Shown: positions 10,684-20,034 of the stretch, piece by piece | Position numbering within the stretch: the first letter of the stretch is position 1 | Layout of the letters: each line of letters opens with the position of its first letter | Source: Parcubacteria group bacterium RIFCSPLOWO2_01_FULL_48_18 | Lineage (GTDB): Bacteria > Patescibacteriota > Minisyncoccia > UBA6257 > WO2-01-48-18 | Assembly (NCBI GenBank): GCA_001824435.1 | Contig: MHXH01000026.1 | Location: 1 to 55,774 of the forward strand | DNA: 55,774 nucleotides | Direction of reading: 5' to 3' | The notes under the pieces: generated by a model | What the model saw: only the letters and a program-made list of their open reading frames with translations | Databases searched by the model: none | Told to the model about the DNA's origin: nothing | Translations under genes and position numbers: made by a program

Positions 10684-11142
10684 TTATTCGATAGCGAGAA
10701 TTTTATAGGTCATCTCTCCGCCGGGCGCCTCAATTGTCACCTCTTCGCCAACCCTCTTTCCGAGAAATGCCTTGCCGAGCGGCGATTCATTCGAAAGCAA
10801 TCCTTCGTCGGGTTTTGCCTCGGTAGAACCTACAATCGAAAATCTTCTTGTATCTTTATCTTTTTGCGCCATTACGGTCGAACCGATTTTCACAAACACG
10901 GTCTGCTTCGGTTTCTCGATAATGACCGATTTCTTTATCAGTTCTTCCAGTTCAAAAATACGCGACTCCACAAGCGCCTGTTCTTCTCTCGCTTCAAAGT
11001 ATTCAGAATTCTCCGACAAATCTCCCGCTTCCTTGGCGCGTTTCAACCGTTCGGCTATCTCAATCCGCCTTCTTCCTTTTAAATCCTCGAGTTCTTTTTT
11101 AAGTTCCTCGAGACGTTCTTTGCTTACGTAGGAAAATTCCAT
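10684..11142 (-). CDS. greA: Transcription elongation factor GreA
   Basis: GDLSENSEY motif; SNESPLGKAFLG. Confidence 0.97.
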   Translation of the reverse strand: MEFSYVSKERLEELKKELEDLKGRRRIEIAERLKRAKEAGDLSENSEYFEAREEQALVESRIFELEELIKKSVIIEKPKQTVFVKIGSTVMAQKDKDTRRFSIVGSTEAKPDEGLLSNESPLGKAFLGKRVGEEVTIEAPGGEMTYKILAIE

Positions 11143-11238
11143 CGCTTCGCTCCATCAACGAATATCGAATTTCTTACGAATAAGCAAACAAACGAATTCG
11201 TTTATTCGTAAATTCGCAACGCATTCGTTATTCGTTGA
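11140..11238. repeat. 99-bp palindromic spacer element, copy 1
   Basis: 95/99 identical to 40894-40992 by manual alignment; contains inverted ends TCAACGAATA...TATTCGTTGA. Confidence 0.92.
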
Positions 11239-13151
11239 TTAAATCCACGATTCAAATAATACCACATCAATACGTCTTTAGCTATGGGGATGGCATTAAG
11301 ACTTCCTTCGCGCGCATCTTCCACCAATACCAAAATAACAATCTGCGGTTTCTCGTATGGCGCGAATGCGGCAAAAAGCGCGTTAATCTTTGTTTTTCCT
11401 CCGGCCTGCGCCGTTCCGCTTTTTCCGCCGGCAGAAAACGGCATATCGCTCATTTGAAACGCAGTCCCATACGGCTTTTCAATTGCGTCACGCATGCCTT
11501 CTTTTACTACCTTCAAATTTTTCGGATTCCCCAGATTCTTCCGGATAATCTCCGGAACGAATTCTCTGATAATCGTATTATCACCGCTTTTGATGCGTTT
11601 GACAATATAAGGCCTATAAAGCGTGCCGCCATTAACCAGTGCCGCAATCGATGAAATAAGCCCGATGGGGGTTATCGATATTTCTCCCTGGCCGATGCTT
11701 ACATTATACGTATCTCCCAATCGCCACGGCTCGCCTCGATCCGGATCTTGCCAATCCGGAATCCGCCCCGAACCCTCTCCGCTCATGTCTATACCCAGGG
11801 GAGTCGAAAAATTAAACATTTCAAAGTAGCTAACCAATCGCTCTATACCGATGCCTTTTTGCGCATCGGTGCCTCCGCCAACGATATAAAAATATACGTT
11901 TGCCGATGCCGCAATAGCTTTCCGCATATCCACCGAACCGTGCGCGCGCCAGTCCAAAAATACCGACGGCGAGGAACTATTGTATGGATTCGGCACAAGA
12001 AGATAGCCGGGGTCTTCGAACCTTTTCTCCGAGCTCACTACCCCTTCTTCAAGAGCTGCGAACGCAATCAACGGTTTTATGGTAGAACCAGGGTTATACG
12101 TACCGCTCACGGCCCTACTGAACAATGGCTGATCTGCGTCAGAAAGCAACTGCGCAAGCTCTCGGGAATATCGATGAGGGCTGATAAACCAATTACTATC
12201 ATAAGAAGGAATGCTTACCAAGGCCAGCACCTCGCCCGTCTGGGGACGGAGAGCAATCCCGACGCCGCGTTTCCTCCCAAGGCTTTCAATGCCCATCCTC
12301 AATCGATCGAAGAAATATTTCTGGAGGTCTGCGTCAATGGAGGTTTCAAGCGAATATCCCAGTTGCGGCTCTCTTACTGCCACCTCTTCAAAGGCTCTGC
12401 TGACTATATCTTTTTTTAGAATTTTTTCTCCGCTTACTCCCTTAAGAACTTCGTCATAATACCGTTCCAGTCCCGCTCGTCCGATAACATCATCGATGCG
12501 AAGCTCGCTCTGCAGAGCTAAATCGCCGGCGCTCACTGCACCGACATATCCCAACACATGAGAAAAGGCAGGGCCGCCATCATACTGGCGCTTCGCCTCA
12601 TCAATAATGCGTATCCCCCGAAACCCATGTACCTTGAGAGCAATTGCCTGCTCGGTTCCGATGTTCTCTTCAACGACAACCGAATCTTTATACTCCCGCA
12701 AGCCGCGAACAACCAACTCCACAAGGTACGGCTGGTCGACTTCGATAATTCGGGCAACTTCTTTCAGAGTATCATTCCTCTCGCGAGCGTCAGCGGGAAG
12801 ACCGGTCGGTATGATCAGAAGGCGAAAGCCCGCGACGTTCTTCAAAAGCGGCTTACCGTACCGGTCGTATATCATTCCACGTATGCTCGGAATGCCGATA
12901 GATTTCAAAATGTTCGACTCGCTTCGCTCTCTATAGCGTCGGCCGTCCTTTACAACCAAAAAAACGGTAACGCCGACCACCATGAACAGCACCAAAAGGG
13001 CTGAAACGCCGGTTTTTTTCACCACTGCCTCACCGATGTGAAGCGGCACCGCCGCTCCCCCGCTTTTCTCTCCTATCATTTCATCGGAAATGGCCTCCTC
13101 CATTTCAAGCGATAAACGTCCATACAATTTTTTTCGACGAAGGAATTTCAT
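11202..13151 (-). CDS. mrdA: Penicillin-binding protein 2 (class B)
   Basis: RGMIYDRYG, PGSTIKP (SxxK), SAN (SxN), KSGT; downstream of mreBCD. Confidence 0.93.
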   Translation of the reverse strand: MKFLRRKKLYGRLSLEMEEAISDEMIGEKSGGAAVPLHIGEAVVKKTGVSALLVLFMVVGVTVFLVVKDGRRYRERSESNILKSIGIPSIRGMIYDRYGKPLLKNVAGFRLLIIPTGLPADARERNDTLKEVARIIEVDQPYLVELVVRGLREYKDSVVVEENIGTEQAIALKVHGFRGIRIIDEAKRQYDGGPAFSHVLGYVGAVSAGDLALQSELRIDDVIGRAGLERYYDEVLKGVSGEKILKKDIVSRAFEEVAVREPQLGYSLETSIDADLQKYFFDRLRMGIESLGRKRGVGIALRPQTGEVLALVSIPSYDSNWFISPHRYSRELAQLLSDADQPLFSRAVSGTYNPGSTIKPLIAFAALEEGVVSSEKRFEDPGYLLVPNPYNSSSPSVFLDWRAHGSVDMRKAIAASANVYFYIVGGGTDAQKGIGIERLVSYFEMFNFSTPLGIDMSGEGSGRIPDWQDPDRGEPWRLGDTYNVSIGQGEISITPIGLISSIAALVNGGTLYRPYIVKRIKSGDNTIIREFVPEIIRKNLGNPKNLKVVKEGMRDAIEKPYGTAFQMSDMPFSAGGKSGTAQAGGKTKINALFAAFAPYEKPQIVILVLVEDAREGSLNAIPIAKDVLMWYYLNRGFNQRITNALRIYE

Positions 13152-13266
13152 CCCGTTAGAAATAGGACGCGGACATACTGTATGTCTTGCAATCCTTTAC
13201 TACAGTTTATGAATTTTGGTTCTGCGTATTTTCATGATTAAATGCGTCCGCGATTTCTAACGGGAT
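13150..13266. mobile_element. MITE-like element A (TIR ATCCCGTTAGAAAT / ATTTCTAACGGGAT)
   Basis: Perfect 14-bp terminal inverted repeats; a homologous copy lies at 14114-14231. Confidence 0.8.
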
Positions 13267-13267
13267 C

Positions 13268-13616
13268 ATCCCGTTAGAAGCAGACATTCGTCTCTTCGAG
13301 CCTGAGGGCTCTTCAGAGCCTGAACGGCCCGAGGTCTTCGACCTCATCGAGCCTGGGGCTCTCAGACATTCGTCCCGAGGGCTCAGTCCCGAAGGAGCCA
13401 AACGGCCTGAAGTCTCAGACCGAAAGGACTCAGTTCCCTTCGACTGCGAAGTCTTCAGGCCCTTCGGTCTTGAAAGACCTCAGGATCTTAAAAGAACTGA
13501 ACAGCCCAAGGGATCGCGATCGGCGATCCGCAAAAGATTCGATTTGTTGTACAAACGACTTTCATGGTGTTGAGATGCCGCGCGACGCAACAAGCGATCG
13601 CGGCTTCTAACGGGAT
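13268..13616. mobile_element. MITE-like element B with the same TIR family and nested REP-like units
   Basis: ATCCCGTTAGAAGC ... GCTTCTAACGGGAT; the interior is rich in CTTCGA/CTCAG/CCGAAGG units. Confidence 0.7.
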
Positions 13617-14111
13617 TCATTGCGCCGCCTTTACTTTCTTGAAAAAAAAGAAAATCGCAAGAACTACGACGCTATTCAGCGCGACTTCCCGCGCCATATT
13701 TAGAAAAAATTCGGCCTCGACCGCCGTATGCGCAATAAACCGAACGGCAAATGCATAGAGGCCGCCGGAAAGTACCGTCAACAAGACAGCCACTGCCCCG
13801 GCTGCCCAATACGACCCTAAATCAAAATACATCCTCACGACAAAAAAAGTGACAAGGAAGCTTATCGCAAAAACAATACCGTAAAGGTATATATTCCCCG
13901 TAAAGGGGAGGAGAAAAAATAACAAGAACGGCAGTAGCGCCAGCCGATGCCAAGAAAATTTCATCAGCATCGCAAGGGTCGCATACACGACAAAAAGACT
14001 CGGCTGTGTAACGGAAAACCGCCATAGAAAAATCTGCGCCAATACCACTACAATAAACAGCGCCGTCAATGCCGCATCTTCCCGTATAACGATTTTCGAT
14101 TGTATTGGCAT
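13617..14111 (-). CDS. mreD: Probable rod shape-determining protein MreD
   Basis: Polytopic hydrophobic protein between mreC and mrdA (synteny-based call). The track's TTG start at 14156 lies inside a MITE, so ATG 14111 is preferred. Confidence 0.65.
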   Translation of the reverse strand: MPIQSKIVIREDAALTALFIVVVLAQIFLWRFSVTQPSLFVVYATLAMLMKFSWHRLALLPFLLFFLLPFTGNIYLYGIVFAISFLVTFFVVRMYFDLGSYWAAGAVAVLLTVLSGGLYAFAVRFIAHTAVEAEFFLNMAREVALNSVVVLAIFFFFKKVKAAQ

Positions 14112-14113
14112 GA

Positions 14114-14231
14114 ATCTCGTTAGAAATAGGACGCGGACATATTGTGTGTCTTGCAATCCCTTACTAACAGTTTATAAATTTCATCTTTGCTTATTTTCAT
14201 AATTAAATGCGTCCGCGATTTCTAACGGGAT
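14114..14231. mobile_element. MITE-like element C (copy of A)
   Basis: atctcgttagaaataggacgcggacat...aaatgcgtccgcgatttctaacgggat; aligns end to end with 13150-13266. Confidence 0.8.
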
Positions 14232-14270
14232 AAAGGTCTCAAGGCGTGCTTGAAAATCATTTTTTGCATA

Positions 14271-15026
14271 TCAGGGTAAAACAATAAACACATCTTTAAT
14301 GCTCTCAAGGACGTACGGAAACTCTATCCTCGCTCTTTTCACCACATCGCTTTCATAGTCCTGTATGGACGCTATCTTTCCCACATAGAGATCGGGCGGA
14401 GCGAGCTGGTAGCCGGGGGCAGTAAATACGGCATCGCCAATCTCGACGCGCGCCTCTTTCGGAATAAAATCAAGCAACGGATCACTCCCGCCTACAAGCA
14501 AAGCCGGAATGAGGCTCGGCCCGATACGCACTTCAATTCTCATCTCCGTGTCAAATAGCGTGCGGATAAGGCTGTAGCGCTCGAATACGTCAGCAAGAAT
14601 CCCCAAATAAATCTTATTCGTCCACATTGCCGGCAGTCCTTCCCGCATGCCATCGCGCACGCCGATGCCGATGGCAATGGTTCTCGATAAATTATTCTGC
14701 GACCCCATAAGCACCTTCCCGTACGCATATCGATGTGCCGGATCTTTGCGGAGTCCGATAAGCTCTTTGAGCGACTCGATCTCCGATTGTACCATAGCGA
14801 CTGATTCGATCATCGCTTTGAGTTCTTGATTTTGGCGGGAAAGCATCTGATTAGATTCATACATCCTGCGCGCCGACGTTACTGCATAAAAATACCCAAC
14901 CGTTCGATCCGCAACATCGCCAATCGTTTCGTAGAGTACCATCTTAAACGCCGTCAAAAAACCGCCCTTCCACAACAGGAAGCCCCCTAACAAAAAAATG
15001 GCCAGCAGGATTGCGTTACGCTTCAT
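14271..15026 (-). CDS. mreC: Rod shape-determining protein MreC
   Basis: TM, coiled coil, then beta domain (IGIGVRDGMREG...GDAVFT...P.DLYVGKI); follows mreB. Confidence 0.85.
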   Translation of the reverse strand: MKRNAILLAIFLLGGFLLWKGGFLTAFKMVLYETIGDVADRTVGYFYAVTSARRMYESNQMLSRQNQELKAMIESVAMVQSEIESLKELIGLRKDPAHRYAYGKVLMGSQNNLSRTIAIGIGVRDGMREGLPAMWTNKIYLGILADVFERYSLIRTLFDTEMRIEVRIGPSLIPALLVGGSDPLLDFIPKEARVEIGDAVFTAPGYQLAPPDLYVGKIASIQDYESDVVKRARIEFPYVLESIKDVFIVLP

Positions 15027-15098
15027 GCCCGGATAAAAGTTGGGAGTTGAAAAGTTTTAGAAACTGACAACTTACAACTTAACAACATATCTCTCGCT

Positions 15099-16154
15099 TC
15101 ATAACAAGAGCTGTTTCTTTCTGCTCACGAAGAGAAGGTCTCTAAATTTATCCAGATCTTCGCTGATGACGCCGGTTCCCCGAACAACCGCCGTCATAGG
15201 ATCGTCAATAATGGATGTCTTTACCCTTGACTCTTCTTCAATAAGCCGATCTATATTTTTTAAAAGAGAGCCGCCGCCACACAAGTATATACCGCGATAC
15301 ATAATATCGCCCACCAGCTCCGGTGGAGTTTTTTCAATAATTTCTTTTATGGAGTCGGTAATAATAGAAAGCGGGTGGGCAATTGCCGAACGAATCTGGG
15401 CATCGGCGGCCACCACTTCCTTCGGAAGGCCGGTAGACAAATCTCTGCCCCGCACCCGCACTTCCAGCTTCTGATCAAGGGGGTAGGCGCTGCCGACGGC
15501 AATTTTAATTTCTTCTGCCGTCGGCTCTCCGATAAGCAAACGAAGTTCGTCGCGAAAAAACTTGATAATTTCTTCATTGAATCTGTCGCCGGCGATTTTA
15601 AGACTTCGGGAGGCTACGATGCCGCTCATGGAGATAACCGCGATTTCGGTGGTGCCTCCGCCGATATCAACGATAAAATGAGCCGTGGGGTCTTCAATCG
15701 GAAAGCGGGCGCCGAGAGCTGCGGCAATCGGTTCATCGACAAGGTACGCCCGCGCAGCCCCTGCCTGGAGAGCCGCATCCTCAACCGCCTTGCGCTCAAC
15801 TTCGGTAAGATTGCTCGGCACGCCGATCACCACGCGCGGATAAAACACCATCCGCTTCCGCGCGAATTCTTTCGTCTTATTCAAAAAATATCTCAACATC
15901 TCTTGCGTGATGTCGAAATCGGCAATGACTCCATTGACGATCGGGCGGATTGCAGAAATATGCATGGGCGTCCTACCAACGATTCGTTTCGCAGACTCTC
16001 CCACTGCCAACACCTGACCGGTTTTATTGTTAATGGCAACAGTCGAAGATTCATTAATGATAATCCCATTCCCTTTTAAATAGACAAGAGAGTTTGCGGT
16101 TCCAAGGTCAATCCCGACATCCGTTGAAAATGACGAAAGTAAGCGATTAAGCAT
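15099..16154 (-). CDS. mreB: Rod shape-determining protein MreB
   Basis: GIDLGTAN, DIGGGTTE, GGGSLL actin-fold motifs. Confidence 0.97.
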   Translation of the reverse strand: MLNRLLSSFSTDVGIDLGTANSLVYLKGNGIIINESSTVAINNKTGQVLAVGESAKRIVGRTPMHISAIRPIVNGVIADFDITQEMLRYFLNKTKEFARKRMVFYPRVVIGVPSNLTEVERKAVEDAALQAGAARAYLVDEPIAAALGARFPIEDPTAHFIVDIGGGTTEIAVISMSGIVASRSLKIAGDRFNEEIIKFFRDELRLLIGEPTAEEIKIAVGSAYPLDQKLEVRVRGRDLSTGLPKEVVAADAQIRSAIAHPLSIITDSIKEIIEKTPPELVGDIMYRGIYLCGGGSLLKNIDRLIEEESRVKTSIIDDPMTAVVRGTGVISEDLDKFRDLLFVSRKKQLLL

Positions 16155-17412
16155 AAGTAAAGAATCTAGAATTTAGAAGGAGTTTTGGAATATCTTCTAA
16201 TTTGACCATATTAAGCTTTTCTTCGTTTCTTCTTTTAACCTCTACCTCGCGGTTTTTGATCGTTTTCTCGCTTACCACAAGGCGGTACGGAATTCCCAAA
16301 AGATCGGCATCGGCAAATTTCTCTCCTGCGGTCGCATCCCGATCGTCATATAATACCTCGATCGATGATTTTTGTAAAGCAGCGTATAACTTCTCTGCGG
16401 CGTCATGCGTGGACTTCTCTTTCCCGAGAGCAATAAGGTGGGCCGAATACGGCGCGATGGAGTCGGGCCACATGATTCCTTTCTCGTCGTGACGCATTTC
16501 AACAACCGCTCCCATCACGCGCCCGGGCCCAATGCCGTATGAGGCCATAATCACTGGCCTTTTATCTCCATTCCCGGTTACATATGTCAGATCGAACGCT
16601 TCAGAAAACGCGGTTCCCAATTTAAAAATATTTCCCACTTCAATGCTTTTTCCTTGCGCTAACGCGCCACTGCATTCCGGACATACGCTCTTGAGCCCAA
16701 AATCAGAAACCACCTCAATGTTTACGGCATACCGGCACTCGGTACAATAAAAAATAGTGTCCTCTCCGACCTCCGAAAGAACCTGGAATTCATCCGAGTA
16801 TTTCGAAAAAAGGCCTCCGGCTGCAATAGTCCGACGCGCATCAAGGCCGACGCGACCGAATATATGCTCGTATGCCCTTGCCACAATCTCGTAATACCGA
16901 TTAAGGTCTTCTTCGTCCGCATGAAAACTGTACAGATCCTTCATCAAAAATTCTCGGCCGCGGAGCATGCCGGACTTTGCCCGCGGTTCATTCCTGAACT
17001 TCGTCTGAATCTGATACACGGCTTTGGGCAAATCTTTATACGAACTGATAAAATGCTTTGCAACGGCAGTAAGCGGTTCTTCGTGCGTCCATCCAAGCCC
17101 TATGTCGCGGCCGCCCGGATCCTGAAATTGGTACATTACTTCTTTCGCCGCTGACCACCGTCCGCTTTTCATCCACGTATCTTTGTTCTGCAAGACAGAC
17201 ATATGAAGCTCCTCCGCGCCGATCGCATTCATCTCTTCACGGATAATGGCATTAATGCTATTCAATACGCGAAGCCCCAGCGGCATACATTCATAGACGC
17301 CCGCCATCACCTTCGAAATAAAACCGCCCCGGATCAAAAGCCGGGCATTAATGCTTACTTCATCTTTCGGAGAATCCCGCAGGGTTTTTGTGAAAAGAGA
17401 TGACTGCCGCAT
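16147..17412 (-). CDS. proS: Proline--tRNA ligase, short form without editing insertion
   Basis: THEE, YQIQTKFRNEPR...LRGREFLMKD, IEVGNIFKLG, SYGIGPGR, GEKFADADLLG; 421 aa. Confidence 0.95.
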   Translation of the reverse strand: MRQSSLFTKTLRDSPKDEVSINARLLIRGGFISKVMAGVYECMPLGLRVLNSINAIIREEMNAIGAEELHMSVLQNKDTWMKSGRWSAAKEVMYQFQDPGGRDIGLGWTHEEPLTAVAKHFISSYKDLPKAVYQIQTKFRNEPRAKSGMLRGREFLMKDLYSFHADEEDLNRYYEIVARAYEHIFGRVGLDARRTIAAGGLFSKYSDEFQVLSEVGEDTIFYCTECRYAVNIEVVSDFGLKSVCPECSGALAQGKSIEVGNIFKLGTAFSEAFDLTYVTGNGDKRPVIMASYGIGPGRVMGAVVEMRHDEKGIMWPDSIAPYSAHLIALGKEKSTHDAAEKLYAALQKSSIEVLYDDRDATAGEKFADADLLGIPYRLVVSEKTIKNREVEVKRRNEEKLNMVKLEDIPKLLLNSRFFTYA

Positions 17413-17439
17413 TGCTTATAGTATACATATTCTTCGGGC

Positions 17440-17474
17440 CAAAATGAATAACCGCCGCAATGGCGTTGCGGCGG
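17440..17474 (-). terminator. Intrinsic terminator after rseP
   Basis: CCGCCGCAA-CGCCA-TTGCGGCGG followed by TTATTCATTTT on the minus strand. Confidence 0.55.
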
Positions 17475-17524
17475 CAGAATCTCGAAACAGTTATCGTCCT
17501 AACAACGGCTACACCTATGCTGGC

Positions 17525-18634
17525 CTATAACAATTTCGTAACGTCATTGATGGTAATAACAACCATCAAAATAATGAGTAGCGCAAATCCGGCTGCGTGC
17601 ACAAACCTTTCAAAACGCCTCGGCACCGGAGAGCCCTTCAATTTTTCTATGATTAAAAAGAGGAGCCGTCCTCCGTCAAGCGCCGGTATCGGCAAAAGAT
17701 TTAACGTAGCCAAATTGAGAGAGATGAGCGCTACGAGCTGGATCAGATTTAACAACCCCAATTTGACGGCATCAGAGGTCACGTCCACCAAGCCCACCGG
17801 ACCGACAACGTCGCCGCATACCTTTCCTGATACAAAAACATCCTTCAACATCCCGCCAATCGCCATTAGCACTGCCGAGCTGATATACAAAGACGTTGTC
17901 AACCCCTCGCGGATACTCCGGAAAAACGAGTACCGCACAACGCCGGTTTCCGTAATTTGAATGCCCACCGGGCCTTCACGCGGAGCAAAACAGCCGTTCA
18001 CAAACTGCGCCTGCGGCGGATCGGGCCGTGAGAACACATTAGCCTCAAACGCCTCGCTGCCCCGAAGAACCGTAAACTCAAGTTGTCTTCCGCGGCTGCC
18101 ATCCACTGCCTCGACGAATTTTTGCAGAGTATTGATTTCGAGGATGCCGAGCTGCGGATCTTCGATTTTGACAAGACGGTCACCCGGAGCAAGGCCGGCC
18201 TTTTCTGCGGGCGAATCTTTTGCTACTCCGGTGATGGTAATCGCAACGTCAGAGGCATGGAGCCGCGTGCTGTCGTCAACCGCTGTCCGGGCGCCGACAG
18301 AAAAAACAGCGCTGATTAAAAACCATCCCAGCAAAAAATTCATCGCCACGCCCGCCACCACGACCAAAAATCTGCGCCATACCGGCTGGCTGATAAAACT
18401 GTCCGGATCCCCTTCTCCCTCGCCTTCTTCACCGTAAATTTTCACAAATCCGCCGAACGGAATCCAATTCACGCTATATATGGTGCCCCCCTTCTTTTTT
18501 CCGAATATGCGCGGCGGAAATCCGAATCCGAATTCTTCCACGCGAAGCCCGCTCCACTTAGCGGTAATAAAATGCCCGAATTCATGGATAAAAATAAGTA
18601 TGGCTAATACAAGGATAACGATAAGTATTGACAT
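17525..18634 (-). CDS. rseP: RIP metalloprotease RseP (M50) with PDZ domain
   Basis: HEFGH, NWIPFGGFV, AGVAMN, NLLPIPALDGG. Confidence 0.96.
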   Translation of the reverse strand: MSILIVILVLAILIFIHEFGHFITAKWSGLRVEEFGFGFPPRIFGKKKGGTIYSVNWIPFGGFVKIYGEEGEGEGDPDSFISQPVWRRFLVVVAGVAMNFLLGWFLISAVFSVGARTAVDDSTRLHASDVAITITGVAKDSPAEKAGLAPGDRLVKIEDPQLGILEINTLQKFVEAVDGSRGRQLEFTVLRGSEAFEANVFSRPDPPQAQFVNGCFAPREGPVGIQITETGVVRYSFFRSIREGLTTSLYISSAVLMAIGGMLKDVFVSGKVCGDVVGPVGLVDVTSDAVKLGLLNLIQLVALISLNLATLNLLPIPALDGGRLLFLIIEKLKGSPVPRRFERFVHAAGFALLIILMVVITINDVTKLL

Positions 18635-18656
18635 GCCGTAATTTTTATGCTAATAT
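18628..18656 (+). promoter_or_regulatory. Sigma70-like promoter TTGACA-17-TAATAT with TGn extension
   Basis: Near-consensus; overlaps the rseP start codon on the opposite strand. Confidence 0.6.
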
Positions 18657-18750
18657 TATCAGCAGACGGGCAGCGTGCTGTTTCAAACAATGCTGGCTCT
18701 GCGCCACACGCACGCCCTGTAAACAAACCCTCAATGCCTGGAGGTCCTAG

Positions 18751-18888
18751 ATGGGAGCGTTTCTTGGAGCGATAATAATTGCAGTTACACTTTGCATCTA
18801 TCTACATGATACGCTGGAAAGAATCGCCGTCGCCCTCGAAAAACTCGCAGAGAAAGATTCGGCTCCCGAAATAACGCCGAAAGCCTAA
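18751..18888 (+). CDS. Small single-TM protein (45 aa), absent from the ORF track
   Basis: GGAGG RBS; MGAFLGAIIIAVTLCIYLHDTLERIAVALEKLAEKDSAPEITPKA; has an upstream promoter and a downstream terminator. Confidence 0.7.
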   Translation: MGAFLGAIIIAVTLCIYLHDTLERIAVALEKLAEKDSAPEITPKA

Positions 18889-18909
18889 ATGTACGCTAGG
18901 CCCGTATGT

Positions 18910-18943
18910 GCCTGCTCGACGATTTCTGTCGGCAGGCTTTTTT
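18910..18943 (+). terminator. Intrinsic terminator
   Basis: GCCTGC..GAC...GTC.GCAGGC hairpin followed by TTTTTT. Confidence 0.7.
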
Positions 18944-18964
18944 GTTCCCCAAGTTAAACTCATT

Positions 18965-19213
18965 TTATTTTTTATAATGCTTCGTGATCTTAAAAATCTC
19001 GGCTTTACCTTCAAAGATAAAAAATAAAGCTCGATAGGTTCTATCAAGCCGGAATGAATATATGCCGCGCCAACGAGGTTCCAGAAGCTCAACGTTCAAT
19101 GATGGATGACGAATATTGTTCTCAAACAGCTTTTTAGCTTTTGCCCATTTTGCTTTCAGGGCGTGTGCGCGTATAGATGACTCAACGTCACTTCTTAGCG
19201 GCTTTATTTCCAT
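18965..19213 (-). CDS. RelE/ParE-superfamily type II toxin
   Basis: HPSLNVELLEP..GIYSFRLDRTYRALF...ITKHY; overlaps the upstream small gene. Confidence 0.8.
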   Translation of the reverse strand: MEIKPLRSDVESSIRAHALKAKWAKAKKLFENNIRHPSLNVELLEPRWRGIYSFRLDRTYRALFFIFEGKAEIFKITKHYKK

Positions 19214-19424
19214 ATTTTTTAACATAGGAGGATTTCCGCAGGCCGTCTTCTAAGTCTTTCAAAAATTCGTCAGTATAAAGATTGGACCCCTTAAAATCTT
19301 CTACCACGTCTTCAACTGGATCTTGAATCGCTAATTCAAAGATATGCTCGGCGAGTTTTCGATATGCTCGGCCCTGCCGCTGAAGCATCTCATATTTTGC
19401 CTTTGGAATGGTAACGTTTGCCAT
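19188..19424 (-). CDS. Putative antitoxin
   Basis: 78 aa, VTIPKAKYE start and acidic C-terminal half; directly upstream of the toxin. Confidence 0.7.
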   Translation of the reverse strand: MANVTIPKAKYEMLQRQGRAYRKLAEHIFELAIQDPVEDVVEDFKGSNLYTDEFLKDLEDGLRKSSYVKKYGNKAAKK

Positions 19425-19461
19425 ATATTCAGAATAAATCAAATCGTATAGTAAGTCAATT

Positions 19462-19998
19462 TTATTCGTTGATTTCTTTCGTTTTAGTTTCCAGTAATCC
19501 AGCTATCTCTTTGTTTGCTTTATCAATCGCTTCCTGCACCTTCTCCTTTGTTTTGAATCGTTCGTCCTCGTCTTTTAACTCGTTCGCTTTCTTGTTCGAT
19601 TCATCACGCTGGTGCCGAAGCTTAATTTTGTGCTCTTCGGTAATTTTGTTGGCGAGCTTCGACAACTCTTGTCTTCGTTCGGCTGTCAATGGGGGCAGAT
19701 TCAAATGAATGGTATTGCCGTCAACTTGGGGAACAAGTCCCAGCTTCGACGCCTCAATTGCTTTTGCCGCAGCGTTCACCACCGACTGATCCCACAGTTG
19801 AATCACAATTTCCTTGGGAGGCACCACACCGATGGAACCGAGCTGCTTCATCGGCATTTTAGAGCCGTACGCCTCTACTGCGATATTTTCAACTAAAAGA
19901 GTATTAGCCCTTCCTGTTCGTATGCCGGAAAGTTCCTGGCGCAATCCATCAATCACTGCTCTTGCGTCCTGTTCAAATTGTTTGAGAATAAGCTCCAT
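19462..19998 (-). CDS. frr: Ribosome recycling factor
   Basis: IRTGRAN, VEAYGS, PPLTAERRQEL. Confidence 0.97.
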   Translation of the reverse strand: MELILKQFEQDARAVIDGLRQELSGIRTGRANTLLVENIAVEAYGSKMPMKQLGSIGVVPPKEIVIQLWDQSVVNAAAKAIEASKLGLVPQVDGNTIHLNLPPLTAERRQELSKLANKITEEHKIKLRHQRDESNKKANELKDEDERFKTKEKVQEAIDKANKEIAGLLETKTKEINE

Positions 19999-20034
19999 CC
20001 TTAAATTCTAAATCCTAAATTCCGGAATCTAACT

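Noticed and set aside
13268-13616. CRISPR array, or a real 64-aa gene at 13207-13401
   Set aside because: The units vary in length and sequence with no regular spacers and lie within TIRs; the ORF is a translation of the repeat.
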